Positions 28,623 through 39,043 of a stretch of 64,000 nucleotides of DNA are shown piece after piece. The position numbers and the translations under genes are program-made. The stretch's first letter is position 1; every line of letters begins with the position of its first letter. This stretch comes from a virus (taxonomy: Duplodnaviria > Heunggongvirae > Uroviricota > Caudoviricetes). The DNA is taken from the IMG/VR virus record IMGVR_UViG_3300002054_000021, positions 77,864 through 141,863 of that record. The stretch is one strand, 5' to 3'. The notes beneath the pieces were generated by a model. It worked only from the letters and a program-made list of their open reading frames with translations. It made no database searches and was not told where the DNA came from.

Positions 28623-29309
28623 ATGAAAGTTGGAATAATATCTGACACTCACAACAGGTTGTCTAAAGAAAATCTTTCTGGAGAGGAAGAGTTTATAATA
28701 TCTGCTGGCGATATATGTGATGCGTATGATTATGAGTCAGTCATGGATTCTTTAGGCTTGCCTTATGTGGGGATAGCTGGGAATCATGAGTATTATGGGC
28801 ACGAGTATGAAAGCGTTAATATAGATGTTTTTAACAACAGTGGCAGAATGTTTGAAAACTTCACTGTAGAAGTTGGTGATACTAGTGTTCATATGTGTAC
28901 TTTGTGGACTAATATTGAAAATGAATTTTTATGGTACAAGTACAAGAATGGCTTAAATGACTGCAGGTTTATACGTGGGTGGACTTACGATAAATATAAA
29001 AATGCATACGACGATTCTGTAAGGTTTATAAATGAAAATGTTAAGGAAGGCGACGTTGTTGTGACTCATCACTCACCCTCATCGCAAAGTGTCGATCCTA
29101 AATTTATAGGAAATGACTTAAATTTCTGCTTCCATTCTGATTTAGATGATGTTATACTTAATCTTAAGCCATCCATTTGGGTGCATGGCCACATGCATGA
29201 TGCGTGTGATTATTTGTTAGGAGATACAAGAATTATATGCAACCCTATGGGTTATCGCTTTGAACGAAGTGCCAGTAATTCTTATAAAGCTAAGATTGTT
29301 GATTTGTAA
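28623..29309 (+). CDS. calcineurin-like metallophosphoesterase
   Basis: Motifs DTHN, GDICD, GNHEY, THHSP and HGHMHD. Confidence 0.65.
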   Translation: MKVGIISDTHNRLSKENLSGEEEFIISAGDICDAYDYESVMDSLGLPYVGIAGNHEYYGHEYESVNIDVFNNSGRMFENFTVEVGDTSVHMCTLWTNIENEFLWYKYKNGLNDCRFIRGWTYDKYKNAYDDSVRFINENVKEGDVVVTHHSPSSQSVDPKFIGNDLNFCFHSDLDDVILNLKPSIWVHGHMHDACDYLLGDTRIICNPMGYRFERSASNSYKAKIVDL

Positions 29310-29638
29310 TGAGAGATGTTTCTGATTTATACTACGACTGCCACGTAACGATAGACCCAGTCTTTGATGAGTCTAGAGACATTCTGAGGGAATTAATTCA
29401 TCCATTCGGATTTAAGTTGGCAAAATTGGCTATGAAGAAGAGTAAAGGAGGGTCGTGGGAAGATTCTAAGTTAGACACCTTTTTCACGGCTCATGGTAAA
29501 AATTATAGCGATCTACAACAAAGGATGGTTGATTGTATAAGGACTGTCAAGTCAAATGGTTATGCAGTAAGAAGATACAAAATTGAAAATACAATCATTG
29601 ACTCTAGAGGTGAAGATATTTTGAGATTAATACAGTAA
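29309..29638 (+). CDS. hypothetical protein
   Basis: 109-aa ORF. Confidence 0.45.
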   Translation: MRDVSDLYYDCHVTIDPVFDESRDILRELIHPFGFKLAKLAMKKSKGGSWEDSKLDTFFTAHGKNYSDLQQRMVDCIRTVKSNGYAVRRYKIENTIIDSRGEDILRLIQ

Positions 29639-30108
29639 TGACGCCAGCCCAAAAGTTAGTACAAGAAACATCTAATCTTGAAGTATTACCATATTCTTGT
29701 ATATTATGGCCATTTTGCCTGTCTTCTGCTGGTTATGCTATATATAAAGATAAATCTGTAGGCGAAAATAACATCTATGCTCACAGGGAGGTTCTGCGCA
29801 GGTATCATGGTTTGGATGAATGTCCAGATGAAATGAATTGCCTGCACAAACCTCTGGTTTGTAATAACCCGTCTTGCATAAATCCTCGTCATTTAAGATG
29901 GGGAACTCAAATGGAAAATTGTAAAGATAGGGCAATTGATGGGTTTAGCTATGTCGGAGAGTCTAACAAAAATGCGTCTTTGACGGAGGCTGATGTTTTG
30001 GAAATACGATCATCTAACTTAAAGGGAGTTGAGCTAGCTGATATTTATGGTGTTAAAAAGTCTTGCATAAGTAAGATTTTAAATAACAGAACTTGGAAAC
30101 ATATATAA
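29638..30108 (+). CDS. HNH homing endonuclease (HNH_3-like)
   Basis: Motif NPSCINPRHLRWGTQMENCKDR. Confidence 0.55.
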   Translation: MTPAQKLVQETSNLEVLPYSCILWPFCLSSAGYAIYKDKSVGENNIYAHREVLRRYHGLDECPDEMNCLHKPLVCNNPSCINPRHLRWGTQMENCKDRAIDGFSYVGESNKNASLTEADVLEIRSSNLKGVELADIYGVKKSCISKILNNRTWKHI

Positions 30109-30109
30109 T

Positions 30110-30355
30110 ATGACTAGATCTGAAAGATCTCAAGTTGAAGCCATTAACGCTTATTTGTCCAATCTAGGGCTTAAGGAGGGGGTCTTTGTTGCTGGTAAAA
30201 AACACGGAAAATTTGTTTATGAGGATGACGTTATAGGTAAAATAACCTGCACTATAGCATGCACTCCTAGGTCTGAAGAAAGGTCCACAACAATAGCTCT
30301 GGGAAATTTTAAGAGAATTTTTAAAATACGGCTTTCAGAAATGACATCTAAATAA
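30110..30355 (+). CDS. hypothetical protein
   Basis: 81-aa ORF. Confidence 0.4.
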   Translation: MTRSERSQVEAINAYLSNLGLKEGVFVAGKKHGKFVYEDDVIGKITCTIACTPRSEERSTTIALGNFKRIFKIRLSEMTSK

Positions 30356-30422
30356 AAATTTATCGTTGACAATACCATTTTATTACTTATTAGGGGTTAA
30401 GATCAAAAATAAGGTAATAATT

Positions 30423-31580
30423 ATGGCAGACGATGTTAAAGAAGTTGCTTCAAATAATACAAAATACAACTACAGTGGCGGCACGGTTAGGATTAGCTCT
30501 GGTAAGTCTGTTGAAGATTTTCTTCTTCCTGATTTTTATAAGCTTTGCTTATGTCCTCTTACGGGCTTCTATCTTGAAATCGTCCCTCCTTTTAAAGTTC
30601 CATCAAAAGTTTATGGTCAAGTCGAGGGGAGAATAGATACTATCTTAAACACATATGACGCTGTTAAAGATAAGAATCTTGGCGTACTTCTTGACGGTAT
30701 AAAGGGTTGTGGAAAAACTTTATTGATGAATTCTCTATGTGATAAAATGGTTAATTATAATAATGTCCCAGTCATATCTATATCTGACAGATTTGGCGGC
30801 GGTAATTTTGTAAGTTTTATAAACTCCATAGATCAAGATTGCGTTATAGCGTTTGATGAGTTTGAGAAAATATATTGCACAAGCGACAAAGACCACCTGC
30901 CAAGCATTCTTGAGCTTCTAGATGGCCAAAGCAGGTCCCATAAAATGTTCCTATTTACTTGTAATGATTCATATAGGATGACCCAGTACCTGCAAAATAG
31001 ACCTAGTAGGATAAGGTATAGGTATAGGTATGGTTATCTGGATGCAGAAATTGTCAATGAGATTGTTGGCGATATGATTATCGAAAAGAAAAGACTAAAT
31101 GAAGTCTCTACATTTATCAACTCTATAGGCAATGTAACTTTTGATATAGTAATCGCCATGATATCTGAGATTAATCTATATCCTAAAGATTCACTTTCCG
31201 ATATATTCTCAAGAATGAATGTTGAAATGTCTAACGAAAGAGAGAATTTCACTATTGTTGGATTCAACAAGGGTGAGAAGATTAAATCTGAAGATATTGA
31301 TTTTCCAGACTTTTCTTTGCAGGATAGTAATAAAGATTTATATTATGGTAGAGTTAGGGGCTTAAGTGAATTCGATATGAACCACTGTGTAATAGATCCT
31401 AACGACGAGGAGAATGTTCTGCTTGATGAGGAAATGATCTTTACTTGGATGGACGCAGACTTAAATCGTAGCGATTATTCTAAGCACAAATATGTGTTCA
31501 AGAAAGGTCATTATTCTATGATTATACAAAAAAATGAAAATACAGCATTTACATTTGCTGATGCTTACTTCAAACTGTAG
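30423..31580 (+). CDS. AAA+ ATPase
   Basis: Walker A GIKGCGKT and Walker B VIAFDEFE. ATG at 30423 preferred over the track's 30366, which overlaps a TTGACA -35 element. Confidence 0.55.
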   Translation: MADDVKEVASNNTKYNYSGGTVRISSGKSVEDFLLPDFYKLCLCPLTGFYLEIVPPFKVPSKVYGQVEGRIDTILNTYDAVKDKNLGVLLDGIKGCGKTLLMNSLCDKMVNYNNVPVISISDRFGGGNFVSFINSIDQDCVIAFDEFEKIYCTSDKDHLPSILELLDGQSRSHKMFLFTCNDSYRMTQYLQNRPSRIRYRYRYGYLDAEIVNEIVGDMIIEKKRLNEVSTFINSIGNVTFDIVIAMISEINLYPKDSLSDIFSRMNVEMSNERENFTIVGFNKGEKIKSEDIDFPDFSLQDSNKDLYYGRVRGLSEFDMNHCVIDPNDEENVLLDEEMIFTWMDADLNRSDYSKHKYVFKKGHYSMIIQKNENTAFTFADAYFKL

Positions 31581-31606
31581 GCATCTTAAACGAAAAGGAA
31601 AAACTT

Positions 31607-32443
31607 ATGTCTATTAAAAGATTAGCATTATCGGCTTTTGCTGCGATCACCCTAGCTGCTTGTACTCAAATCGGTACTGGTGAAGTCGGAGTTAAAACTA
31701 CAATTGGCGGGAAGGTCAGCCCAGAAGAGCTTACTCAAGGCTTCCATTTTGTGCCTCCTGTATTTATGTCTGTTCAAAAATTCACAGGAAAGGAACTTAA
31801 GGTTAACATCACTGACAAACCTATGCTTCCTGTGTCTGTGGAAAACCAAGAGCTTGAGAAGTTTGATGCTGAGGTTTATTACTATGTTATCAATAGTGAA
31901 ATCGCTGACATCGATATTAAATATGAAAACAACCATGAAAAGGTTGATGGCATTTGGGCACCATCCCGCGACCTTGTTTATTCCACGAGTAGATCTGCCG
32001 CTAGGAATACAGTATCTAAAATTAAGTCTTTAGATATTACAAGTAGTAGAGATCAAATTGTTGAAGACATGAAGAGGACTATACAGGCCGCTTTAGACCA
32101 ATCAGACCCTGACACTTTCGTTATCACAAAGGTTATTATTCGCGATATTAAGCCAAACAAGAGTGTTGCTTTGTCGGCGGCTAAAAACGTCAATAAGCAA
32201 AACGAAGCCGAAGCTATTGAGAAAGAGGTTGGTATTGCCAAAACTCAAGCCTCAATTAACAGAGAGCTTTCACCGTCTATTACTCCAGAGTTATTGCAGA
32301 TGCGCAAACTTGATATTGATGAAAAAAGAATCGACATGATGCTTCAAGCTTGCTCAAAAGGACCATGCACATTCTTCATTGACAGTGGCGCTTCTGATGT
32401 ATCGCCTATACTTCCAGTTGCTCCAACATCGCCATCTCAATAA
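31607..32443 (+). CDS. putative lipoprotein
   Basis: N-terminus MSIKRLALSAFAAITLAAC (lipobox). Confidence 0.5.
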   Translation: MSIKRLALSAFAAITLAACTQIGTGEVGVKTTIGGKVSPEELTQGFHFVPPVFMSVQKFTGKELKVNITDKPMLPVSVENQELEKFDAEVYYYVINSEIADIDIKYENNHEKVDGIWAPSRDLVYSTSRSAARNTVSKIKSLDITSSRDQIVEDMKRTIQAALDQSDPDTFVITKVIIRDIKPNKSVALSAAKNVNKQNEAEAIEKEVGIAKTQASINRELSPSITPELLQMRKLDIDEKRIDMMLQACSKGPCTFFIDSGASDVSPILPVAPTSPSQ

Positions 32444-32466
32444 GAGGTTGAAAATAAAGACAATTA

Positions 32467-32490
32467 TGGGGCTTACGCCCCATTTTTTTT
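32467..32490 (+). terminator. rho-independent terminator
   Basis: GGGGC-TTAC-GCCCC hairpin followed by T9. Confidence 0.55.
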
Positions 32491-32556
32491 GCCAAAAAAC
32501 TATTGACTAAATCTGTATTTGTGCTAATACTTCATTAAATAAATTAAGAGGATGAA

Positions 32557-33078
32557 ATGAAAAAAGATTCTAAAACCGCTCCTGCGATTTCTACGATGAC
32601 TATCAAGGAAAACATTACACACAAAGATATAGGCGAGTCTTTTTCTGTAATGGTAAATCCTTCACACAAAAGAAAATTCATGCAAACTAAGAAGGCACTG
32701 AAGTCATATATAAGAACAATCTCATACTCATCTGGAAGGTATATTGAGATATCTGAGTCTAGAGTTAGAGGTAAGGATGTTTTAACTTCTACTATTATAG
32801 GAAAAAAGCTAGAAGGAAAAATGGTTGGTCAAAAAATTGGCTCAGGAAGATCTGTCTCATCTAAGAACAAAAGACTATCTGGAAGAATTAACAATCTTGA
32901 CGTTGGTGGTGAGTTTAGGTTGAGGTCTAAAGTTGATAGCAATTTAATGAATGAAACTGACCCAAAAAGCATGAGGCAGAGAGTTTATTCTCTCAAAGAT
33001 AGGGGTTTGGTTAATAATGGGTTGACTTTCTCTGTATCTATTGTTAAGAATGGCGTTAAAATAAAAAGAACGGCTTAG
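32557..33078 (+). CDS. hypothetical basic protein
   Basis: 173-aa ORF. Confidence 0.45.
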   Translation: MKKDSKTAPAISTMTIKENITHKDIGESFSVMVNPSHKRKFMQTKKALKSYIRTISYSSGRYIEISESRVRGKDVLTSTIIGKKLEGKMVGQKIGSGRSVSSKNKRLSGRINNLDVGGEFRLRSKVDSNLMNETDPKSMRQRVYSLKDRGLVNNGLTFSVSIVKNGVKIKRTA

Positions 33079-33087
33079 GAGTTTGTA

Positions 33088-33465
33088 ATGTTTAGTAGGT
33101 TTTTCTGTGCAATAATGACTTATTTTTCTGGCGCTTTAGTCGCTGGGTCGTTAGTGGCTTATAATTCCCAAAAGGCCTCTGAAACGTCTTGGATAACACT
33201 TCTTCTAGTCATCGTGTCTATAGCTCTCACGGTTTTCTTTCTTCCACAATCCGCTTTCAGGTCATTTGTTAGTAAGGACTCCAAGGTCAAGAAAGCCACA
33301 AAGATAAGAGAGGCCGCAAAGAAGGATGTTGAGGAAGAAAAAATTAGGCAAGCAAAAGAGAAGGCTGAAATAGAATCTAAAATAAGAGATGAAGTGAAAA
33401 AAGAAATACGTGGATCTTCGCCAAAATTAGGTTTTTTTAGCAAAGGGAACAAAAGCAAGAGTTAG
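33088..33465 (+). CDS. membrane protein with charged C-terminal tail
   Basis: Two N-terminal hydrophobic segments. Confidence 0.45.
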   Translation: MFSRFFCAIMTYFSGALVAGSLVAYNSQKASETSWITLLLVIVSIALTVFFLPQSAFRSFVSKDSKVKKATKIREAAKKDVEEEKIRQAKEKAEIESKIRDEVKKEIRGSSPKLGFFSKGNKSKS

Positions 33466-33469
33466 ACCG

Positions 33470-33802
33470 ATGGAATTTATATCAAAAACAAAACTTCAGT
33501 TAATGCAGAATGAGATAGAGACAGCTGTAAGAAGTGCATCATGGACAACGGTTGAAGATGTCGAAAAGGTATTTGCTAATGCCGTCACAAGATCTTCTGA
33601 TGCTAGGTTCGAGAATCCTTATATAAGGATTGAGCCATTGGTAAAAGGCTCTCCGTGTACAGTTCTAATAAAAGCTGATATACCAACTGATAGAGAGGGT
33701 GTTAATAGGCTTGAGTGTGATAAACCCGCTCAACTTTCCCATAACCTATCCTTTAGACTAACCTTTAAGAGAAAGACCTTTAAAGAGGCTCAAGAGAGTT
33801 AA
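33470..33802 (+). CDS. hypothetical protein
   Basis: 110-aa ORF. Confidence 0.4.
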   Translation: MEFISKTKLQLMQNEIETAVRSASWTTVEDVEKVFANAVTRSSDARFENPYIRIEPLVKGSPCTVLIKADIPTDREGVNRLECDKPAQLSHNLSFRLTFKRKTFKEAQES

Positions 33803-33848
33803 TAACATCTCATCGAAGCAAAAATATACAGATGAACTTCTTTCAGAG

Positions 33849-34451
33849 ATGTCTGAGTGTTGGATTAAGGGTGATTTATCCTTAAGGCAGTTGGCAGATA
33901 AGTTTGACCTAACTAGTGGGCAAATGTCTGGCCTAACTAGAAGGAAGAGGGATCTCTTTCCAATGAGAACAAAAGAATACAATAGAGTATCCTCTCACGC
34001 CTCAAAGTCAGAAGAGATTCAAAAGATGCTTAATGTCGGAAGGACTATAGTAAGCATAGCTAAGCACTTTAGCATATCAAGAGAGTCTATTTATAAGGTG
34101 ATAGAGGACTGTAATCTTGATTACAGTTTTAAGAAAGTTGCGGTTAACGCAGGTAAAGCCTCTCTCTCGAAGAAAAATAGGAAGTATTCAAAAACAAGAT
34201 CACACAACACGACCACATCTATAAGCAAGGGCAGAGTCATAAGGGTTGCTAGGGTTGGGGAGGGGTACAATATACTGTCATCAGGAAGATTCCTTCACAT
34301 GTCTGGTGGCTGTCTATCTGATAAAAGATCTTACGCTTGGAGAGGGACTTATCATCAAGCTGAAAATATGATTAAGTTCGCATCAGAGAAGATAGGTGTT
34401 GATTTTATTATTATAAAAGAACGATCTTACGATAAAGGTTTTTCATCATGA
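33849..34451 (+). CDS. hypothetical protein with putative HTH
   Basis: Motif VGRTIVSIAKHFSISRESIYKVIED. Confidence 0.4.
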   Translation: MSECWIKGDLSLRQLADKFDLTSGQMSGLTRRKRDLFPMRTKEYNRVSSHASKSEEIQKMLNVGRTIVSIAKHFSISRESIYKVIEDCNLDYSFKKVAVNAGKASLSKKNRKYSKTRSHNTTTSISKGRVIRVARVGEGYNILSSGRFLHMSGGCLSDKRSYAWRGTYHQAENMIKFASEKIGVDFIIIKERSYDKGFSS

Positions 34452-35272
34452 TTAGAGACAGGTATAATTATGATTACCAAGAGATTTCATTACTAAATGT
34501 TGAGGATTTTGTAATAGATTATATGCCTCCTTATAGTGATAGTGAGGCATTCAGGTACATTGAGAGTGAATTTTATAGGTCAAGAGTTCATAGAGGTTAT
34601 ACTGGGGACCCAAAATTCATACATCAAAGAGACGGTAAAAGCGCTTGGTATGTTTGGGAGGTAGATTTTTTCTCAAATTACTTCAAAGGTCCAAACAGAG
34701 GGGCTTTTAGGTCCAAAAGAGATTTTAATTCTATGCACCAGTATGATAAAAACTCTTATTCAACAAACAAAAATGATGTAATATCATCTTCTTCATACTT
34801 TAACATTATGTCAGATTATGTTGTTATTAAGATATCAGAATCTTTTGTAAACTCTGCAGTAATGTCAGTTGTTCCATCTAAAATATCTAGAGATTGCTAT
34901 AGATTTCCAAGGTCTTTAGATGATTTATTTTCTGAGGTTGGGTATTATTTCACTGAACGAATAAGAGGAATAACTGAATGCAATGATGTTTACAAGATAA
35001 TTGGCAGTACATTTATGCCTGCCGTTCCAGAAAACAGAATAAATATGAGATTAAGGACAGAAGATTATTTCAATCATGGATATCCAGTTTTATTTAAAAA
35101 CATAGATATGGCAGTTGATCAAATGAGTTGTATATATGAAATATTTTGCAGCAATATAGAAGGATGGGTTAGGAGTCACATTGATAGAAATCTCGGAAGA
35201 ATAGAGAGAAGTGTCGCTCAGATGGCATCAAATAATGATGGCTTTACTAAAATTCCAAGACTTGATAAATGA
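34448..35272 (+). CDS. hypothetical protein
   Basis: 274-aa ORF. Confidence 0.5.
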   Translation: MIRDRYNYDYQEISLLNVEDFVIDYMPPYSDSEAFRYIESEFYRSRVHRGYTGDPKFIHQRDGKSAWYVWEVDFFSNYFKGPNRGAFRSKRDFNSMHQYDKNSYSTNKNDVISSSSYFNIMSDYVVIKISESFVNSAVMSVVPSKISRDCYRFPRSLDDLFSEVGYYFTERIRGITECNDVYKIIGSTFMPAVPENRINMRLRTEDYFNHGYPVLFKNIDMAVDQMSCIYEIFCSNIEGWVRSHIDRNLGRIERSVAQMASNNDGFTKIPRLDK

Positions 35273-35532
35273 ATAAGGTGAATAATTACGAGGATTACTT
35301 AAAATTCGTTGTTGAAAATATAGAGCTTACCAAGAGCTTTGATATGTGGATATCAGCTATTGGTTCACATAGATATGTCGCATTAGTCAAAATTGGAACT
35401 AGGTATGAGGAGTATTCAGGATTCGTTGAAAACGAGTCGTTTTGCATATGCGGAGATATATTAGGTGATATTTGCAGAGAATCAGTAAGAATGGCAAATG
35501 ATTATTTATTAGAAAAAGGTAAAATCTCTTGA
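35269..35532 (+). CDS. DLW-motif small protein family, paralogue 1
   Basis: N-terminus YEDYLKFVVENIELTKSFDMWISAIG. Confidence 0.55.
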   Translation: MNKVNNYEDYLKFVVENIELTKSFDMWISAIGSHRYVALVKIGTRYEEYSGFVENESFCICGDILGDICRESVRMANDYLLEKGKIS

Positions 35533-35831
35533 CAGTAGGGCTAAAATATATAGATTATCTAAGTTTCGTTTGTGAAAATAAAGACATAATAGATGGAAAC
35601 GGATTATGGATATCGCTTGTAAATAACCATGTTTACTTTATAATTGGTGATGATTATATTGACGGAGAACATAGATGTTTAGAATCAGAAGATAAACATG
35701 TATTCTCTGGTAAGGTGTCATCAATTGGGAATAATATTTCACACGCATCGACTTTGATAAGTAGATTTAGGTCAAGGTTTGAAGATGAAAATTTATCTTA
35801 TGGAATATCATCAATGGAATATTATTTATAA
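35529..35831 (+). CDS. DLW-motif family, paralogue 2
   Basis: N-terminus YIDYLSFVCENKDIIDGNGLWISLV. Confidence 0.55.
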   Translation: MTVGLKYIDYLSFVCENKDIIDGNGLWISLVNNHVYFIIGDDYIDGEHRCLESEDKHVFSGKVSSIGNNISHASTLISRFRSRFEDENLSYGISSMEYYL

Positions 35832-36139
35832 TGACCGCTAAATATAAATATGAAACATACCTCACGAAAATGTCCATGCTTTTTGATATGGATATGTGTA
35901 CAGATGTTTGGGTTGATATATCTTCATTTAATAAACCGCATAGAGCTGAGTGTGTATATTTAATTAGAACTGATAGTAAGCATACTAGATTCCTAAGAAA
36001 CCGGAGAGATGGAATGGCAGCTCCTTGCGCTAGAGATATTTTATATTTAAACCAGAAGAATGTCGGTTTAGTAAATGGTAGGCTTTTAATGAAAACAAGT
36101 TATGATCTTGGCACTTCTTGCTTTTACAGTAATTATTGA
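35831..36139 (+). CDS. DLW-motif family, paralogue 3
   Basis: N-terminus YETYLTKMSMLFDMDMCTDVWVDIS. Confidence 0.55.
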   Translation: MTAKYKYETYLTKMSMLFDMDMCTDVWVDISSFNKPHRAECVYLIRTDSKHTRFLRNRRDGMAAPCARDILYLNQKNVGLVNGRLLMKTSYDLGTSCFYSNY

Positions 36140-36140
36140 T

Positions 36141-36464
36141 ATGGCGCATTACTTTGATTTACTACAGCTCTGTGACAAGATAAGGCGTATGAATTTGAAT
36201 AATGACTTATGGATTGAAGTGCTGCCAAATAGGGACGAGTTTCTTTTTGTGGCGCTAGTAGGCGTTGATTGTTCACTATCCAGAGGTTGGCATTGTAAAG
36301 AGGTTGAAGATTATGAAACCTTTGACATTATAATTAATCCAAAAAAATACATTCAGAACGGAAGAATGTTAGAGGTTGATAAGAGGCTACACGATTCTAT
36401 AATTGCGTCTAAATTAAGTGCTCTAAATACGGTATTGGGCGACAAATATTACATTAAGAAATAG
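36141..36464 (+). CDS. DLW-motif family, paralogue 4
   Basis: ATG at 36141 gives MAHYFDLLQLCDKI...NDLWIEVL. Overlaps upstream by TGATATG. Confidence 0.5.
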   Translation: MAHYFDLLQLCDKIRRMNLNNDLWIEVLPNRDEFLFVALVGVDCSLSRGWHCKEVEDYETFDIIINPKKYIQNGRMLEVDKRLHDSIIASKLSALNTVLGDKYYIKK

Positions 36465-36535
36465 TTGTATATCATTGATATATAAGGATATTTATAATTA
36501 TTACCTTTTAAGTTGGTTGCTTTAGGAGTTACAAA

Positions 36536-36787
36536 ATGTTTTCATCTTTGGAAAAAAAGAACATAAAAAAAGAAGTCTCTAGTTGGACAGAGGATCAAAG
36601 ATCTGAAGCTATGTCTTGGCTAAATAACGCATCTGCGTCTGCAAGGTCGAAAGCTTATGCATTCGAAAGAAATGGCTTTACTCACTCATATAATTCATGT
36701 ATAACAGAAGCTGTTAGGCTTGCAGATTTGAGAGAGCTTATATCTAAAGTGACACTTAAGAAGGGTAGTAAAAATGTCGGAAAGTAA
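36536..36787 (+). CDS. hypothetical protein
   Basis: 83-aa ORF. Confidence 0.4.
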   Translation: MFSSLEKKNIKKEVSSWTEDQRSEAMSWLNNASASARSKAYAFERNGFTHSYNSCITEAVRLADLRELISKVTLKKGSKNVGK

Positions 36788-37094
36788 ACTCAAGGGACCG
36801 ATAAGTCCAAGTGATATTGCTGCAGCAAAAGCAGAATTTATACCAAATTGTGTTTTCGATGCGTTTAATGAACTTATAGCTAAAAACTACACTAACGGAA
36901 GGGCGAAGGTTGAGCAGAGTGATGTTAAGTCTTTACTTGCCGCCAATATGGGTGAATCTTGGATGGAAGATAACTTCTCTTTTAACATGTTGAATGTTGA
37001 GGAGTCTTATCGTGAAAAGGGTTGGAGTGTTACTTATGATAAACCAGCGTATAATGAGTCATATTCAGCTTCATTTTTATTTAAGGCTCAGTAA
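36774..37094 (+). CDS. hypothetical protein
   Basis: 106-aa ORF. Confidence 0.4.
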   Translation: MSESKLKGPISPSDIAAAKAEFIPNCVFDAFNELIAKNYTNGRAKVEQSDVKSLLAANMGESWMEDNFSFNMLNVEESYREKGWSVTYDKPAYNESYSASFLFKAQ

Positions 37095-37286
37095 TTGAAA
37101 AGATACACTTATACTCAACTTCTAGAATTTTGTGTTAAATTTTCAAATGTAACGTCTAACAGGGATTTATGGATAGGGACATACAAAATAAAAAGCGGTT
37201 TGTCTGTTGTCAATTATTTGCTTATTTGCAACCCAAAGATTGGACATTTAAGACACCCAAGTTCGTCAGAGTCACCCCCTTTTTGA
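37095..37286 (+). CDS. DLW-motif family, paralogue 5 (short, possibly decaying)
   Basis: TTG start. N-terminus YTQLLEFCVKF...RDLWIGTY. Confidence 0.4.
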   Translation: MKRYTYTQLLEFCVKFSNVTSNRDLWIGTYKIKSGLSVVNYLLICNPKIGHLRHPSSSESPPF

Positions 37287-37445
37287 TATGAATACTAGAA
37301 TTGCACTACCAGATATAACGATTACCTCTATAAAGAGGTATAGCTCTATGATGAATGAAAGCAATGGGAGATTTTTGGATAATTTGTGATTATAATAATA
37401 CAAAATATTGGCTTATTGTAGGGCTCACTATTATGGGATATCATT

Positions 37446-37769
37446 ATGTCAGGTAGACGCTTAAAAAGTAAGTATGAATATATAGACTATTTGTCTTTTT
37501 GCAATGATTTTCATGAGGAAAATCCAAATACTGAATTGTGGATCATAACAAATCTTAATAGACCTCATCCAACTAATGTCGAGACTGTTTTATTGTGTCA
37601 GGAGGGTTTAAGGCACCTCTACTCTAATAGCTGTATGGGCTTCTTGACTTTTGTTCAAATAAAGAAAGATATTAAAAACTGCAGTAGAAAAGAGATAAGC
37701 CAATCTATAGATAAATTAAAATTAGATATTGAGGCTTCAGAAATTAGAAGGTTAAATCGTGAGGTCTAG
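37446..37769 (+). CDS. DLW-motif family, paralogue 6
   Basis: N-terminus YIDYLSFCNDFHEENPNTELWIITN. Confidence 0.5.
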   Translation: MSGRRLKSKYEYIDYLSFCNDFHEENPNTELWIITNLNRPHPTNVETVLLCQEGLRHLYSNSCMGFLTFVQIKKDIKNCSRKEISQSIDKLKLDIEASEIRRLNREV

Positions 37770-37989
37770 CGTAAATTATCAGAGACTTCTTGAAAATATA
37801 ATCAGGATATCTGATGAAAATATGGGTTGCGATCTATGGATTGATACTAGTGGATGGGGAGGGAATATTGCGTTAGTTGCAATAGAAGATCTAGATTGTA
37901 GCACACCTATTCCAGACAGAGATAGACGTAAATGGATGCCATATTTCAATAAAGACGGACCTGTAAGGATGTCTAGTTTTAGTCTGTAA
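37759..37989 (+). CDS. DLW-motif family, paralogue 7
   Basis: N-terminus YQRLLENIIRISDENMGCDLWIDTS. Confidence 0.5.
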   Translation: MRSSVNYQRLLENIIRISDENMGCDLWIDTSGWGGNIALVAIEDLDCSTPIPDRDRRKWMPYFNKDGPVRMSSFSL

Positions 37990-38003
37990 AGTAGGAGTTA
38001 ATA

Positions 38004-38288
38004 ATGCTAAATACATCATATACATTAAATATAATATCGTCATTTATAATGGGCATTGTGCTCGGAGTTATCATATATTCTAAATTTGGGTACGTAGAAA
38101 ATTCTGAAATCATTAACCCTCCCTTAGTTGACAGGCTTATAAAAGAGTGCCAAGATATGCCTTGGAAGTACGAGCCTCCTATAAGGCCAAGTTGCAAAGA
38201 TATGTCCTATCTTAAATATAACGAGCTTATGTCAAAAGACTGCATTATGTGCTCATTGTACAATATTGATATTGAGGGTAATCAATGA
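38004..38288 (+). CDS. small membrane protein
   Basis: N-terminal transmembrane segment IISSFIMGIVLGVIIY. Confidence 0.45.
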   Translation: MLNTSYTLNIISSFIMGIVLGVIIYSKFGYVENSEIINPPLVDRLIKECQDMPWKYEPPIRPSCKDMSYLKYNELMSKDCIMCSLYNIDIEGNQ

Positions 38289-38575
38289 CATTAGATAGTG
38301 ATAAAATAGATTCTTTTATATCAAAATTACAACTAAGGTCTGATGATTTTAAGTCTCAAAATATGAGAAAATTTAGCCAAGCTAGAGACTCTTATAGAGT
38401 AGAGTTGGATCAGGCAATAAAGCTGTTAACGCAACTCAATATTGAGTATAAAAAAGATTTGGCGATCAATCATTATTTAGATAGTACTTGGTGTTGCTCT
38501 GGACATGATTGCGGATGCATGGGTGTGTCAAGAAGAGAAGTTATTATGCATCGCGCAAATCTATCAGATCTATGA
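38285..38575 (+). CDS. hypothetical protein
   Basis: 96-aa ORF. Confidence 0.4.
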   Translation: MTLDSDKIDSFISKLQLRSDDFKSQNMRKFSQARDSYRVELDQAIKLLTQLNIEYKKDLAINHYLDSTWCCSGHDCGCMGVSRREVIMHRANLSDL

Positions 38576-38922
38576 ATAATAAGATACCATATATAAAAAT
38601 TCTTGAGCTAATGTCTGACTATTATAGGGAGGGAAATGCCGTAAATGTTTGGGTAAAATATATATGCATAAGGTCAGCAAGTAGGTTTAATTATTGCGCG
38701 GAGATTTCTGTTCAAAGATCTTCCCCTAATCCGCTACCTTTAAAATTTTCAAGGCAAGCTTCTAGGCCAGCTAATATACCAGAAGTCATGATGAAGGGGT
38801 GTGCTGGATTTGAGGTAAATACAGTTGCATATGACGAAGTTAATGACGGGTTAGTAAGTGCCAATCAGTTCATTGCGTCAGCTAGGCGTAGAGCTAGAAA
38901 AACATCTTATAGACTGAGGTGA
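38572..38922 (+). CDS. DLW-motif family, paralogue 8
   Basis: ATG at 38572 gives MNNKIPYIKILELMSDYYREGNAVNVWVKY. Overlaps upstream by ATGA. Confidence 0.5.
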   Translation: MNNKIPYIKILELMSDYYREGNAVNVWVKYICIRSASRFNYCAEISVQRSSPNPLPLKFSRQASRPANIPEVMMKGCAGFEVNTVAYDEVNDGLVSANQFIASARRRARKTSYRLR

Positions 38923-39043
38923 TGTGATTCACCTTTTCTACCCCCAAATTATGCGATTTTTAACCACCCTATAGGTATAAAAATAATAACACCTTGACAT
39001 TAGGGCAAATATGGTGTTATAGAGTTGAAAATATCAAGATAAT